DNA of 64,000 bases. Source: an uncultured cyanobacterium (GTDB lineage: Bacteria; Cyanobacteriota; Cyanobacteriia; Cyanobacteriales; CAWCAG01). Below, in pieces: positions 53,992 to 63,393 of the stretch (its first letter is position 1; the number at the start of each line of letters is the position of its first letter). The notes under the pieces are model-generated. The model had not been told where the DNA came from, searched no databases, and saw only the letters and a list, made by a program, of their open reading frames with translations. The translations under genes and the position numbers were made by a program. The stretch spans positions 427,108 to 491,107 of the forward strand of contig CAWDOD010000004.1 in NCBI GenBank assembly GCA_963803805.1, in the 5' to 3' direction.

Positions 53992-55197
53992 ATGATAGTT
54001 TTAGTTCTTAATGCTGGTTCTAGTAGTCAAAAGAGTTGTCTTTATGGTTTGGGTAACTCTTTGCCAGACACCCCTGCTGAACCCCTATGGTCAGCTCATA
54101 TAGACTGGACAGTTAATGAAAATGAGGGCATTCTTACTGTTAAAAGCAACGATACTCAAAAACAAATAGAAGTAAAAGAAAGTGATAGTGCATTGGGAGT
54201 TTTGCTAGATACTTTAGTTACAGGAAAAACTAAAGTTTTAGATAGTTTAAATGATATTGATATTGTTGCTCATCGAGTAGTTCATGGTGGCGCTAAATAT
54301 CATCAAGCTACTGTCATTACTCCTGAAGTCAAGGCAGCGATCGCCGATTTAATTCCCCTTGCTCCTAATCATAATCCGGCCCATTTAAAAGGAATTAATA
54401 CCATAGCAGAAATTTTACCCCAAGTAACTCAAGTAGCTGTTTTTGATACAGCTTTCCATACAACCCTTCCCCAAGCAGTGAAAGTTTATCCTTTACCCTA
54501 CAAATGGTATCAAAAAGGTATTCGCCGCTATGGATTTCATGGTATTAGTCATGAATATTGTGCTAAACGTAGCGCCCAGATTTTACAAAAACCCCTTGAA
54601 ACTCTAAAGATTGTTACTTGTCATTTGGGCAATGGTTGTTCTTTAGCTGCTGTTAAAAATGGTATTTGCCTTAACACAACTATGGGATTTTCTCCCTTAG
54701 AAGGACTAATGATGGGAACTCGTTGTGGTTCAATTGATCCGCAAATTCCTATTTATATGATGCAAGAATATGGCTTAGAAGCAGATGAATTAAATCAAAT
54801 ATTTAATCAAGAATCAGGCTTAAAAGGAGTCTCTGGTATCTCTGCTGATCTCAGAACTATTTTAGAGGCGATTACGGAGGGAAACAAACAAGCAAAGCTA
54901 GCTTTTGATATTTATATTCAGCGCTTAAAAACCGCTATTGGTGCAATGGTTGCTAGTCTTAACGGTTTAGATGTTTTAGTGTTTACCGCTGGAGTAGGAG
55001 AAAATTCTAGTGTTGTTCGTGAAACAACCTGCAATGGTTTAACTTACCTGGATTTGCAGTTAGATTCAGCCAAAAACAATGCTCATCCTCTAGATAAAAA
55101 TATTGCTACAGAAGATTCCCAAGTGCAAGTGTTAGTAATTCATACCCAAGAAGATTGGGCGATCGCAACTCAGGCTGTCAAGAAAATTTGTAGATAG
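53992..55197 (+). CDS. ackA: acetate kinase
   Basis: 401 aa. VLVLNAGSSSQK, HRVVHGG, GFHGISH, and the EDW segment near the C-terminus. Confidence 0.95.
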   Translation: MIVLVLNAGSSSQKSCLYGLGNSLPDTPAEPLWSAHIDWTVNENEGILTVKSNDTQKQIEVKESDSALGVLLDTLVTGKTKVLDSLNDIDIVAHRVVHGGAKYHQATVITPEVKAAIADLIPLAPNHNPAHLKGINTIAEILPQVTQVAVFDTAFHTTLPQAVKVYPLPYKWYQKGIRRYGFHGISHEYCAKRSAQILQKPLETLKIVTCHLGNGCSLAAVKNGICLNTTMGFSPLEGLMMGTRCGSIDPQIPIYMMQEYGLEADELNQIFNQESGLKGVSGISADLRTILEAITEGNKQAKLAFDIYIQRLKTAIGAMVASLNGLDVLVFTAGVGENSSVVRETTCNGLTYLDLQLDSAKNNAHPLDKNIATEDSQVQVLVIHTQEDWAIATQAVKKICR

Positions 55198-55242
55198 TCT
55201 ATTCTTCAACCTCAACAGGTGATCTAAATGCTTAACAGCTTA

Positions 55243-56253
55243 CTACCCTCCATTTCGGGGATTCCAACGAGAACGTAATTCTTCAATGTGCATATTCTCT
55301 TTATCCTTCTTAAGATGTCGAGGACTGCTCTCAAAAGATAAAGAGGATGGCAGTACATCTTGTCCATACTCTGCAAGGATAAACGCTTCTACCTCTTTGT
55401 AGGAAGGAGAAAAGCTATCCTTAAAAGGCTGAGATCCTTGGGATTGAGAACGCCTCAATGCAGCAGAAAACAGACCAGTTCCATCATCGAAAAATCGTTC
55501 AGTGGTTTCCCCGTATTCCTGATAAGGATAAAAAGCTAAGTCTTTAGGGGCTTGGGCAGCAACCCAGGAAACATAAGACCAGTATTCGCTAAAAGTACCA
55601 AATTCATTGGCAGAGCGCATCATTAGTAATAGCCAGTGGTCTTGAGATTCATAGTATCTGTTCACTTGTTGTTTAAATGATTTGAGATACTCCTGCTTGA
55701 ACCACATATGATGGGGGACAAAGCTGCCTTCCGGGTTGGTAAGGGGTTTAACCCCAAGTACCGAGGAAATCCACTTGTCCCACTTGGAGACGATGCTAGC
55801 ATTACCCCAGCCATTGTTTTGAATCAGTGCAAAGGTATGTTGAACCTTTGAGTCATTTTCGCGAATAAGTGGCCAAGCATCTACAGGAAGTAAGTCACTA
55901 TCCCAAACAACATACCACTCACTCAAATTATCAATACCTTCAAATGCCCCAAGCTTTAATAACTGTTGATAGAACCAACCTGGAGTGTAAAGGGATAACT
56001 CTAAATCAAGTTCTGCACAAATTTTGTCTTTAGTAAGATCGCTCTTTGCAAAGAACTGTTCTTCCTCATAACTATAGAGGGGGGCAACTTGCCATTCCTT
56101 AGCTGCTTTTTTGAGCGATCGCGCTTCAACCGCAGGGGCAATGACATGGATGCTGCGAGGTTGGTAATGGGTAGTAATCCCCTCTAATACCGCTTGGGTA
56201 TTCCAACGCAAGCGATAAAGAGGGATAACAAAATCAAATGTTTCTTGTGCCAT
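55243..56253 (-). CDS. hypothetical protein, possible nucleotide-sugar transferase-like (DxD)
   Basis: 336 aa. YVVWDSDLLP resembles a DxD motif. Starts 24 nt downstream of the cyclase-like gene. Confidence 0.45.
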   Translation of the reverse strand: MAQETFDFVIPLYRLRWNTQAVLEGITTHYQPRSIHVIAPAVEARSLKKAAKEWQVAPLYSYEEEQFFAKSDLTKDKICAELDLELSLYTPGWFYQQLLKLGAFEGIDNLSEWYVVWDSDLLPVDAWPLIRENDSKVQHTFALIQNNGWGNASIVSKWDKWISSVLGVKPLTNPEGSFVPHHMWFKQEYLKSFKQQVNRYYESQDHWLLLMMRSANEFGTFSEYWSYVSWVAAQAPKDLAFYPYQEYGETTERFFDDGTGLFSAALRRSQSQGSQPFKDSFSPSYKEVEAFILAEYGQDVLPSSLSFESSPRHLKKDKENMHIEELRSRWNPRNGG

Positions 56254-56277
56254 GAACTTAGAAAGAAGTTACTTAAT

Positions 56278-58110
56278 CTATACTGCTGATAATTGGGTTT
56301 TTTCTAGCTCATCTGGGGTGCTAGCTACCGTTGAAGGGTCTTCTAATCCGACATCACTACACAACGGTTCAATGCCTAAGCCTTGTCTGGGGTAATCGGC
56401 ACAAATTTGTTCATATGCGGCGATCGCCTCGTAAAGTTCATCGCGGCTGAGGGAGTTAAGGTAAGCACATTGACCAATTTTTCCCTTGGGTAAAGGTATT
56501 GCTAAATTCCCCCCTCGCTTTTGGAGGATTTTTTCTTGGGAAGACCAGAGGGTTTCTTTTTTGAGTAGAATATCGTGCCACAAGCTCAATCCAAAGGAAC
56601 TAATGAGACGAAGAATCCTCTGAAAATCCTCTAAGGTGATCCAGTTTAGGCGATAGCTTAAATAAGCTCCAAAGCCCATACCAATAGAAACCGCATGACC
56701 ATGCAACAACCCAGCTTCAATTTCAAAGCCTGGTGACCAAGTATGACCATAGGCATGGGGACGACACTGGTGGGTTTCATAAAGATTATCGTATTCAGCC
56801 GCCACATAGCTACGTAATGCAGCCCCAAGAATTTTCTGGGAGAGAAGGTTGATTTCCTCATCGGGCTGACAATTCATAGTCCCAAAACGAGTAGTAATAA
56901 GCTGTGCTTTAGCTTGCTCTAAATAGCCAAACAGTTCTGCATCTTTAACCACAGCCATTTTGATAATCTCGATAATACCGTGCCTTAACCATCCTTCCCG
57001 CAGGGTTTTGAAGAAAAAGCGGTCGGTAATCGAAAGAATTGGTGGATGGTAAGCCCCGAAAAGATTCTTATAGCCAAAGCCATCGCAGCAAGTTCGTGGA
57101 GAAGGGCCAGCATCAATGCCTGCCACAATTGATGTAGACAACATGACATAAGGAGTGTTGCGGTGATACAAGGCGCAGGCAAGCCCTGCCGTATCCGCAA
57201 GGACACCACCACCGACAATTAATACAGGTTCATTGCGGGACACTCCAAGGGACTTGAAGTCACCGAGCATTTTCTCAACAGTGTAGATACCTTTGTCTAC
57301 TTCCATCGCCCGATAGACTAGCTTCTCTAAATGAATATTGTGGTAATGGAAGTAATGTTCAATTTGTTCACCGTAGTATTGTTCTACATTCTTGTCTACC
57401 AAACAAACACAGCGTCTGAGGGAGATGTACATATCTCTGAGAATATGCTGTTGCGGGTCTAGGGAGTTGTCAATGAGTTTGATTGAGGTAAAGGTACTTG
57501 ACCTCATCACCGCTTCAATGGTTTGGTCATCAGGGGTATTTACGACATAACCACGACTTTCTCGATAGCTGGAGGTTGGATACACTGCATGGGGATTTAC
57601 CTCAACGAGATCATCGGCCAATTTCTGATAAAATTCCCTATCCTTACTACGTAGGAGGTAATCTAATAACTTATTCGTACCTAAATTAGATAGGTGCATT
57701 CTGTTAGCAAATTCTAACCACTCTAAGCCAACAGCTTCGTCAAAAGCACAGGTCAATTCAGCAAGCAAAGCAAAAAAGCTACTAAGAGAGAGATTAAGAG
57801 AACTTCGTAGCCTGCGACAAGCTGATAAAGCTTTTACTGCACCAGCTACAGCGAATTCTTCTCCAAGTTCCTCAGAAAATGCTGGACTATCAATAAGCGA
57901 AAGCAATAAGCTTCTGAAATACTCGCTGCTACAAATAGCTTCAATGGCATTCTCCAAGTTTTGATCTGCCAGAGGCTCACTGTCATAGTTGGCAATAAAA
58001 GCCTTAACTGCCGAGGTAGTCTTTATCATAATTCTGGGAGAAACAATATTTGCAATATCAGTCAGGGTTTTATAACTACCTGTTTGAATTAAGTTAACAT
58101 AACTATTCAA
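56278..58110 (-). CDS. dehydroquinate-synthase-like sugar phosphate cyclase superfamily protein with ~190-aa N-terminal extension
   Basis: 610 aa. The C-terminal ~400 aa carry LIVGGGVLADTAG, AGIDAG...YKNLFGAYHPP, GIIEIIKMAVVKD, AYGHTWSPGFE and LLHGHAVSIGM (NAD and metal-site pattern). The N-terminal part is unassignable. Confidence 0.7.
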   Translation of the reverse strand: MNSYVNLIQTGSYKTLTDIANIVSPRIMIKTTSAVKAFIANYDSEPLADQNLENAIEAICSSEYFRSLLLSLIDSPAFSEELGEEFAVAGAVKALSACRRLRSSLNLSLSSFFALLAELTCAFDEAVGLEWLEFANRMHLSNLGTNKLLDYLLRSKDREFYQKLADDLVEVNPHAVYPTSSYRESRGYVVNTPDDQTIEAVMRSSTFTSIKLIDNSLDPQQHILRDMYISLRRCVCLVDKNVEQYYGEQIEHYFHYHNIHLEKLVYRAMEVDKGIYTVEKMLGDFKSLGVSRNEPVLIVGGGVLADTAGLACALYHRNTPYVMLSTSIVAGIDAGPSPRTCCDGFGYKNLFGAYHPPILSITDRFFFKTLREGWLRHGIIEIIKMAVVKDAELFGYLEQAKAQLITTRFGTMNCQPDEEINLLSQKILGAALRSYVAAEYDNLYETHQCRPHAYGHTWSPGFEIEAGLLHGHAVSIGMGFGAYLSYRLNWITLEDFQRILRLISSFGLSLWHDILLKKETLWSSQEKILQKRGGNLAIPLPKGKIGQCAYLNSLSRDELYEAIAAYEQICADYPRQGLGIEPLCSDVGLEDPSTVASTPDELEKTQLSAV

Positions 58111-58168
58111 AAGTTAACAAAATATGATTATTTAGGCTTTAGCGGCTCGTTGTCTTGGAAATGGAGAG

Positions 58169-58795
58169 CTAGGGAGAAGATTTTTCGATTTCTCCCTCTA
58201 TATTTTTCCTTGCCTGAGTTTCAAATTTATGATAGCAATACTCAGTAAAATAGATTCTTTCTCTATCTAAGAAAACTTGTAAGATTTCCTGTCTCTTTTG
58301 CTTATATTCTTCTTGGGGAACCCAAGCATATTCTTGGCGTATTTTGTGAGCATAACTTTGATAAATACTTGATGTTGCTCCCAAAATAGCTAAATCAGCA
58401 TCGAGAAAAATATATTGATCTATATTGCCTATTTGAGGTAAATGTTTTTTAGTAATTAATATTAGTTCAGTGACTGCTTTTATCAAAGATATTGGCAGGT
58501 TCAATTTTCTTAAATAAATTTCTGTTTCAATAGCACTTTTTTCTTCATTATCTTGGGCTTTAGAGTCATAAACAAAATCATGAAACCAAGCTGCTAAAAG
58601 CAATGCTGTTGTATTTGAACTCAAAAAACTCATCTGGTCTATGATTATCAAAACCTGCTCAATATGCTCTAAATTGTGGTAAAAACGACCAGGGGCAGAA
58701 TAGGCCCTGGTCAAATCAAGAAAAACTTGGTTAGTAACTTCAGATTTCCTTGCTAATAGTGCTAGAGTCTTTTCCCAATAATATTTAAGATTCAT
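58169..58795 (-). CDS. HD-superfamily phosphohydrolase (COG4339-like)
   Basis: 208 aa. YHNLEH and AAWFHDFVYD metal-binding motifs. Confidence 0.6.
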   Translation of the reverse strand: MNLKYYWEKTLALLARKSEVTNQVFLDLTRAYSAPGRFYHNLEHIEQVLIIIDQMSFLSSNTTALLLAAWFHDFVYDSKAQDNEEKSAIETEIYLRKLNLPISLIKAVTELILITKKHLPQIGNIDQYIFLDADLAILGATSSIYQSYAHKIRQEYAWVPQEEYKQKRQEILQVFLDRERIYFTEYCYHKFETQARKNIEGEIEKSSP

Positions 58796-59010
58796 GAGGG
58801 AACAGGACAGGGTTCACACTTATGGTTGCCGTAAGGCTACAGTTGTATTCTCAACTTATGCTTATTACCTATTAGAGAACTCCAATAAATAAAATATCCT
58901 CACAAAGTAGAAGATTTTAGCAACTAGCTTATCCCTTTTGGACAAGTCTTTTCTTGACTCTCTGTTACTTCCCCCTGTCTCCCTCTCGTTTCCTTGGTGA
59001 AACCCAAAAA

Positions 59011-60912
59011 TTATAAGTGAGCCTCCAATGCTTCAGCAACAATCTGACTCATAGGTTTGCCTTGGGCTACCGAAGAAGCTTTTAACTTGTCGTAAATATA
59101 TTCTGGGACACCAATACGATGGCGTTTTTTACTTGCTTTGGGAGGTTGATAACTACCCAGATCATAGGTTGCCGAAAACTCTCGCAAAGCGTCAAAACCA
59201 ACTCGGTTGCAGAATTCACCAAAACTTTCTTCTAGTTTGCGAAATTGCTTAAAATAGACAAAAAGCGGCTCTAAAAAAGATTCTAGCTTTTCCACAGGTA
59301 ACTTATCAACAAATGGTCTAGCTAACTTAGTTTGATTGGGTGTTCCTCCTAACCAAATTTGATAGGTTTCTGGGGCGCTACCTACAAAGCCTAATTCTGC
59401 CATATAAGGGCGGGCGCAACCATTGGGACATCCTGTCATACGGATGACAAAATGCTCTTTTTCCATACCTAGTTTGTTAAGTAGGCTTCGGATGCGTTGG
59501 ATAATACTTGGTATGGCTCGTTCTGATTCTGTGATAGCTAAACCGCAGGTGGGTAAAGCTGGGCAAGCCATGGCGTAGCGCACTAAGGGATCGATTTTGT
59601 CTGGGGAAACTACACCATGTTGTTGCAGGATCTGTTGAATATTTTCCTGCCAAGCTGGTTCAATTTCGTACAAAATGATATTATGATTTGCTGTTAAACG
59701 TATGGGTAACTCATACTGCTCAATGATTTTTTTCAGGGCAGTTTTAAGTTGAAAGTCGCCTTCATTTTTTACCCGGCCATTTTCTACAGAAATACCTAAA
59801 AATAGTTTGCCATCTCCTTGTTCTTGCCAACCAAGAAAATCTTCATACTTGAAGTCTGGCAAGGGTTTGAAAGGAGACAATTCTTTGCCAAAAAATCCTT
59901 CAACTGTGGTACGAAATCTTTCTATTCCCCAGTCGTGGAGGAGATACTTCATCCTGGCATGACGACGTTGTACGCGATCGCCATAATCTCTTTGGGTGGC
60001 AACGATGGCTTTGAGGAGATCAAAAACATCTTCTTTGGCTACATAACCAAGGGGATCGGCTAAGCGGGCAAAGGTTTCTTCTTTGTTATGGGTACGCCCT
60101 AAACCACCTCCCGCCAGGACATTAAAACCCTCTAATTCCCCTTGTTCGTTGGTAATTACCACTAAGCCAACATCGTGGGTATAAATATCAATGGAGTTAT
60201 CCCCTGGTACGGTAACGCAGCACTTAAATTTCCGAGGCATATAGTGGTTGCCGTAAATGGGTTCCTCGGCATCGGGAAAATTCGTACCATTAATATCCTT
60301 TTGCATTGCTGCTTTAACTTCTGGGGCAACTTCAGAAGTTACGGCTTTTTCACCATCTAACCAAATTTCGTAATAGGCTTCAGTTTGGGGAGTGAGTAAA
60401 TCAGCGATTTTATCAGCATATTCCCAAGCGTATTGATACTCTACCTTATTTCTAAACGGTGCAGGGGGAGCCATAACATTGCGGCTAACATCTCCGCAAG
60501 CCCCCAGAGTCGAACCCATGTTTTGGACAATTGAGGAGATCACCGTTTTGAGATTTTTCTTAAGAACCCCATGAATTTGAAATCCTTGGCGGGTAGTAAC
60601 TCTCAAGGTTTGGTTGCCCAACTCTTCAGAAAGCTTTTCTAGGGTAAGATATAGCTGTGGTGGAATATATCCTCCGGGGTTACGGGTACGCAACATCATT
60701 TGGTAGTCTTTTTCTTGGCCCTTTGTCCTATTATCCCGGTCATCTTGCTGATAAGAGCCATGGAATTTAAGGATTTGTACTGCATCTCCAGAAAAGTGAG
60801 TTGTGTCTTCACCAATTTCTGTGGCTAGGGGTTCACGCAGGTAGTTGCTACGCTCTTTTATACCTTCTAATTTAGAAAGTTTTTTGGCAGGAGAAATAGG
60901 TGTTTTGACCAT
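59011..60912 (-). CDS. sir: ferredoxin--sulfite reductase
   Basis: 633 aa. ERSNYLREP...[13 protein letters not shown]-terminus. Siroheme/4Fe-4S Cys cluster ([21 protein letters not shown]). Confidence 0.92.
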   Translation of the reverse strand: MVKTPISPAKKLSKLEGIKERSNYLREPLATEIGEDTTHFSGDAVQILKFHGSYQQDDRDNRTKGQEKDYQMMLRTRNPGGYIPPQLYLTLEKLSEELGNQTLRVTTRQGFQIHGVLKKNLKTVISSIVQNMGSTLGACGDVSRNVMAPPAPFRNKVEYQYAWEYADKIADLLTPQTEAYYEIWLDGEKAVTSEVAPEVKAAMQKDINGTNFPDAEEPIYGNHYMPRKFKCCVTVPGDNSIDIYTHDVGLVVITNEQGELEGFNVLAGGGLGRTHNKEETFARLADPLGYVAKEDVFDLLKAIVATQRDYGDRVQRRHARMKYLLHDWGIERFRTTVEGFFGKELSPFKPLPDFKYEDFLGWQEQGDGKLFLGISVENGRVKNEGDFQLKTALKKIIEQYELPIRLTANHNIILYEIEPAWQENIQQILQQHGVVSPDKIDPLVRYAMACPALPTCGLAITESERAIPSIIQRIRSLLNKLGMEKEHFVIRMTGCPNGCARPYMAELGFVGSAPETYQIWLGGTPNQTKLARPFVDKLPVEKLESFLEPLFVYFKQFRKLEESFGEFCNRVGFDALREFSATYDLGSYQPPKASKKRHRIGVPEYIYDKLKASSVAQGKPMSQIVAEALEAHL

Positions 60913-61222
60913 GATGTTAAAAAAATGCGATCGGCAGGTAAATGGTTATTTCTGGTAAATCAGTCAGAATTGCGGTGATTTACCATTATAATCTGAATGC
61001 TTGCCTCTAATCTCAGCAAGGCTTAAAAAGTCCATCATCCGGAGAAAATTGCTTCCGAATCAGGTCAGTATATTTAACACTCAACTGCTACTCAATATGT
61101 ATCAATATCCCGAAAAATAAACCTTGACGTAGTACTCGTACAAATTCTAGAACTTACTCACAATATAGAAATAGTAAAATAACAACTATTGCTACTTACC
61201 TCAAATCTAGAGGACTTTCGCC

Positions 61223-62023
61223 ATGTTACAGTACGATTTGTCCCATCTTCCTACAGCAGAAGAATTACCTTCAGTTGACTTTGAACCTGTGGATAATGAA
61301 ATACAAAGGGCTGTCCCCTTTCTACTACAACAAATCCTCTTGTTTATCTGGCCAGAGCGAGAAGACTTTTTCTTTGGTATGGACATAGCCTATTACTATG
61401 ACTCAGCCCAACCAGCCATCTCTCCAGATGGGTTTTTGAGTATTGGTGTTAGAAAAAGGAAAAGCAAAACCAATAATCCTAACCAAGATGGACGTATTAG
61501 TTATCTGTTGTGGCAAGAAAACTATGTCGTTCCCACCTTGGTAATAGAATGTGTCTCTCAGAAATACCGAGGTGAGTACGATACTAAAAAAGATCAATAT
61601 GCCCAATTAGGAATACTTTACTATGTTATCTACGATGGTGGTCGCTACTACAGTGAAAAAGGGGCAAAGAGTAAAGGAGATCCTTTTGAAGTCCATCGCT
61701 TGGAAAATGGTGTCTATGTAAGGCAAGCAGGGGAACCGGTTTGGTTGCCGGAAGTTGGATTAGGAATAGGTAGAGAGCGTAGGGAGTTTAATACTTGGAC
61801 AAGGGAATGGTTGTATTGGTATAACGAGGAAGGGAAGCGTTATCCTTCTCCAGATGAAGCGTTTCAGATTGAAAGAGTTCGGGCTACCGAGGAAAGACTC
61901 AAAGCAGAGGAAGAAAGACTTAAAGCAGAGGAAGAAAGAATGAGGGCTGAACAACAAGAAGCTAGAGCAGAACTATTAGCAGCTAAATTACGGGAGTTAG
62001 GTATAGATCCAGAGCAACTTTAA
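61223..62023 (+). CDS. Uma2 (DUF820) family restriction-endonuclease-like protein
   Basis: 266 aa. Uma2 core (PTLVIECVS...) and the coiled-coil tail EERLKAEEERLKAEEER...LRELGIDPEQL. Confidence 0.75.
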   Translation: MLQYDLSHLPTAEELPSVDFEPVDNEIQRAVPFLLQQILLFIWPEREDFFFGMDIAYYYDSAQPAISPDGFLSIGVRKRKSKTNNPNQDGRISYLLWQENYVVPTLVIECVSQKYRGEYDTKKDQYAQLGILYYVIYDGGRYYSEKGAKSKGDPFEVHRLENGVYVRQAGEPVWLPEVGLGIGRERREFNTWTREWLYWYNEEGKRYPSPDEAFQIERVRATEERLKAEEERLKAEEERMRAEQQEARAELLAAKLRELGIDPEQL

Positions 62024-62086
62024 TTGAAGGATGCTTTTGTTGAGGGATAAATAATAATTATTCCTTCAAGCCTACTTAAGGAAAAA

Positions 62087-62196
62087 TATAGCAATTCTTG
62101 ATAGCATGAGGTACAGTCTAGACTTTGGTTTGTTGCTAATGGCTAATGGCTAATGGCTAATTGAAATGTACTTCACCAAGTGTGGGAATCGCTATA
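62087..62196. mobile_element. MITE-like hairpin element, copy 2
   Basis: TATAGCAATT / AATCGCTATA termini, inner GAGGTAC / GTACTTC pairing, four tandem GCTAATG/GCTAATT heptamers (62135..62162) at the core. Confidence 0.55.
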
Positions 62197-62443
62197 ACCC
62201 TCTTATGTCAGACTCCGATTTCTCCTGTTATTTGAACTTTCTGGACAAAGGCTATACTAAGGAGTACAGAGTTCGATGGGCGAATTTTAGCAATTTTGCT
62301 GCTGGCAAGAATTTTTAGTCAGAAAAAACAAGCGCGATTGCGCTCCGCGCACCAGCAGAGCTGATCGCATAATATACAAAAGCTCCAGGACTCAGAAATG
62401 ACTTTTGTTTCCAGAGAGTGACTAAAGAGGGATAAATGGCATT

Positions 62444-62854
62444 ATGCAACTACCAGAAGAACCAGAGCAACCTTTCTCTATTAACATCTTGCCTGCTATT
62501 GATGTTATTTTTGTGATTCTTACTTTTGTGATTCTTTCTACTCTTTATTTAACTCGTTCCCAGGTACTACCAGTTAATTTACCAGAAGCGGGAACTGCTC
62601 AAACTCAGCAGACTAAAACGATTAATGTTACTGTCACCAAAGAAAGAACTATCGCTATTAATCGTCAGCCAGTTAACCTAGAACAAGTTCAGACACAATT
62701 AAGTAAATTGGTGCAGCCAGGAGTTGAATCTTTGGTGTTAGTTAATGCTGATGAGAAAGCTTATCATGGTGATGTTGTAGCAGTGATGGATCGCATTAGT
62801 CAAGTTGAAGGGGTTAAGTTAGCGATCGCAGTGAATAAAGTTGATAGAAATTAA
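62444..62854 (+). CDS. exbD: biopolymer transport protein ExbD/TolR
   Basis: 136 aa. Single N-terminal TM (PAIDVIFVILTFVIL) and periplasmic domain (VLVNADEKAYHGDVVAVMD). Confidence 0.85.
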   Translation: MQLPEEPEQPFSINILPAIDVIFVILTFVILSTLYLTRSQVLPVNLPEAGTAQTQQTKTINVTVTKERTIAINRQPVNLEQVQTQLSKLVQPGVESLVLVNADEKAYHGDVVAVMDRISQVEGVKLAIAVNKVDRN

Positions 62855-63025
62855 GTAAATAATTTGTGATTAAGACGAAACGCAATCTCAAACTCTTCAC
62901 AAACGTGGGTTATTTTTTTGATTTGCCTTAATAATTTTTTCTTCCCTAGTTATTCCCGATTGCTTTTTACTGTAGTAATCAATTGAGTCATCACAAATCA
63001 ATCGATTAACTAAGGAGACAAAACC

Positions 63026-63202
63026 ATGAAACTTACCTATCGTGGTATCAACTACACCAGCAATTCTAGCCAAGTTGAAGTTGTACTAGGTAACAGTAAT
63101 TGTAAATATCGGGGTGTTTCTTATCGTACTCCACTGGTAAAAAGAGTTCCTACCCAAGACAAAAAAGAAATGAAATATCGAGGTATTTCTTACTCAACTT
63201 AA
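63026..63202 (+). CDS. DUF4278-type small protein (58 aa), not in the supplied track
   Basis: ATG preceded by AAGGAG. MKLTYRGINY with two further Y-R-G-(V/I)-S-Y repeats, the hallmark of this cyanobacterial family. Confidence 0.6.
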   Translation: MKLTYRGINYTSNSSQVEVVLGNSNCKYRGVSYRTPLVKRVPTQDKKEMKYRGISYST

Positions 63203-63246
63203 GAGAAATAAAGTAATTACAAACTTAAAATTGGGGTGAAATTATT

Positions 63247-63393
63247 ATGCAACTAACTGAACTTCCTGTAGTTAAGGTTTCCGGCAAGCAAACTAATAGC
63301 AAACCGCAACATAAAGAAGGGCGTTTGCTTGCACGGTGGATGAGAGATAAAAATTATCATCTCTATTGTCGTTGGGTAAAAATGGACTTCTAA
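63247..63393 (+). CDS. candidate small ORF (48 aa)
   Basis: MQLTELPVVKVSGKQTNSKPQHKEGRLLARWMRDKNYHLYCRWVKMDF. Starts 45 nt after the DUF4278 gene. No homology evidence. Confidence 0.25.
   Translation: MQLTELPVVKVSGKQTNSKPQHKEGRLLARWMRDKNYHLYCRWVKMDF

Noticed and set aside
62236-62364. Short open frame (…FDGRILAILLLARIFSQKKQARLRSAHQQS-stop) just upstream of exbD, considered as a relic of exbB
   Set aside because: It is only ~42 codons with no start codon, and I cannot match it convincingly to the ExbB/TolQ C-terminus from memory. It needs a BLASTX before any claim.
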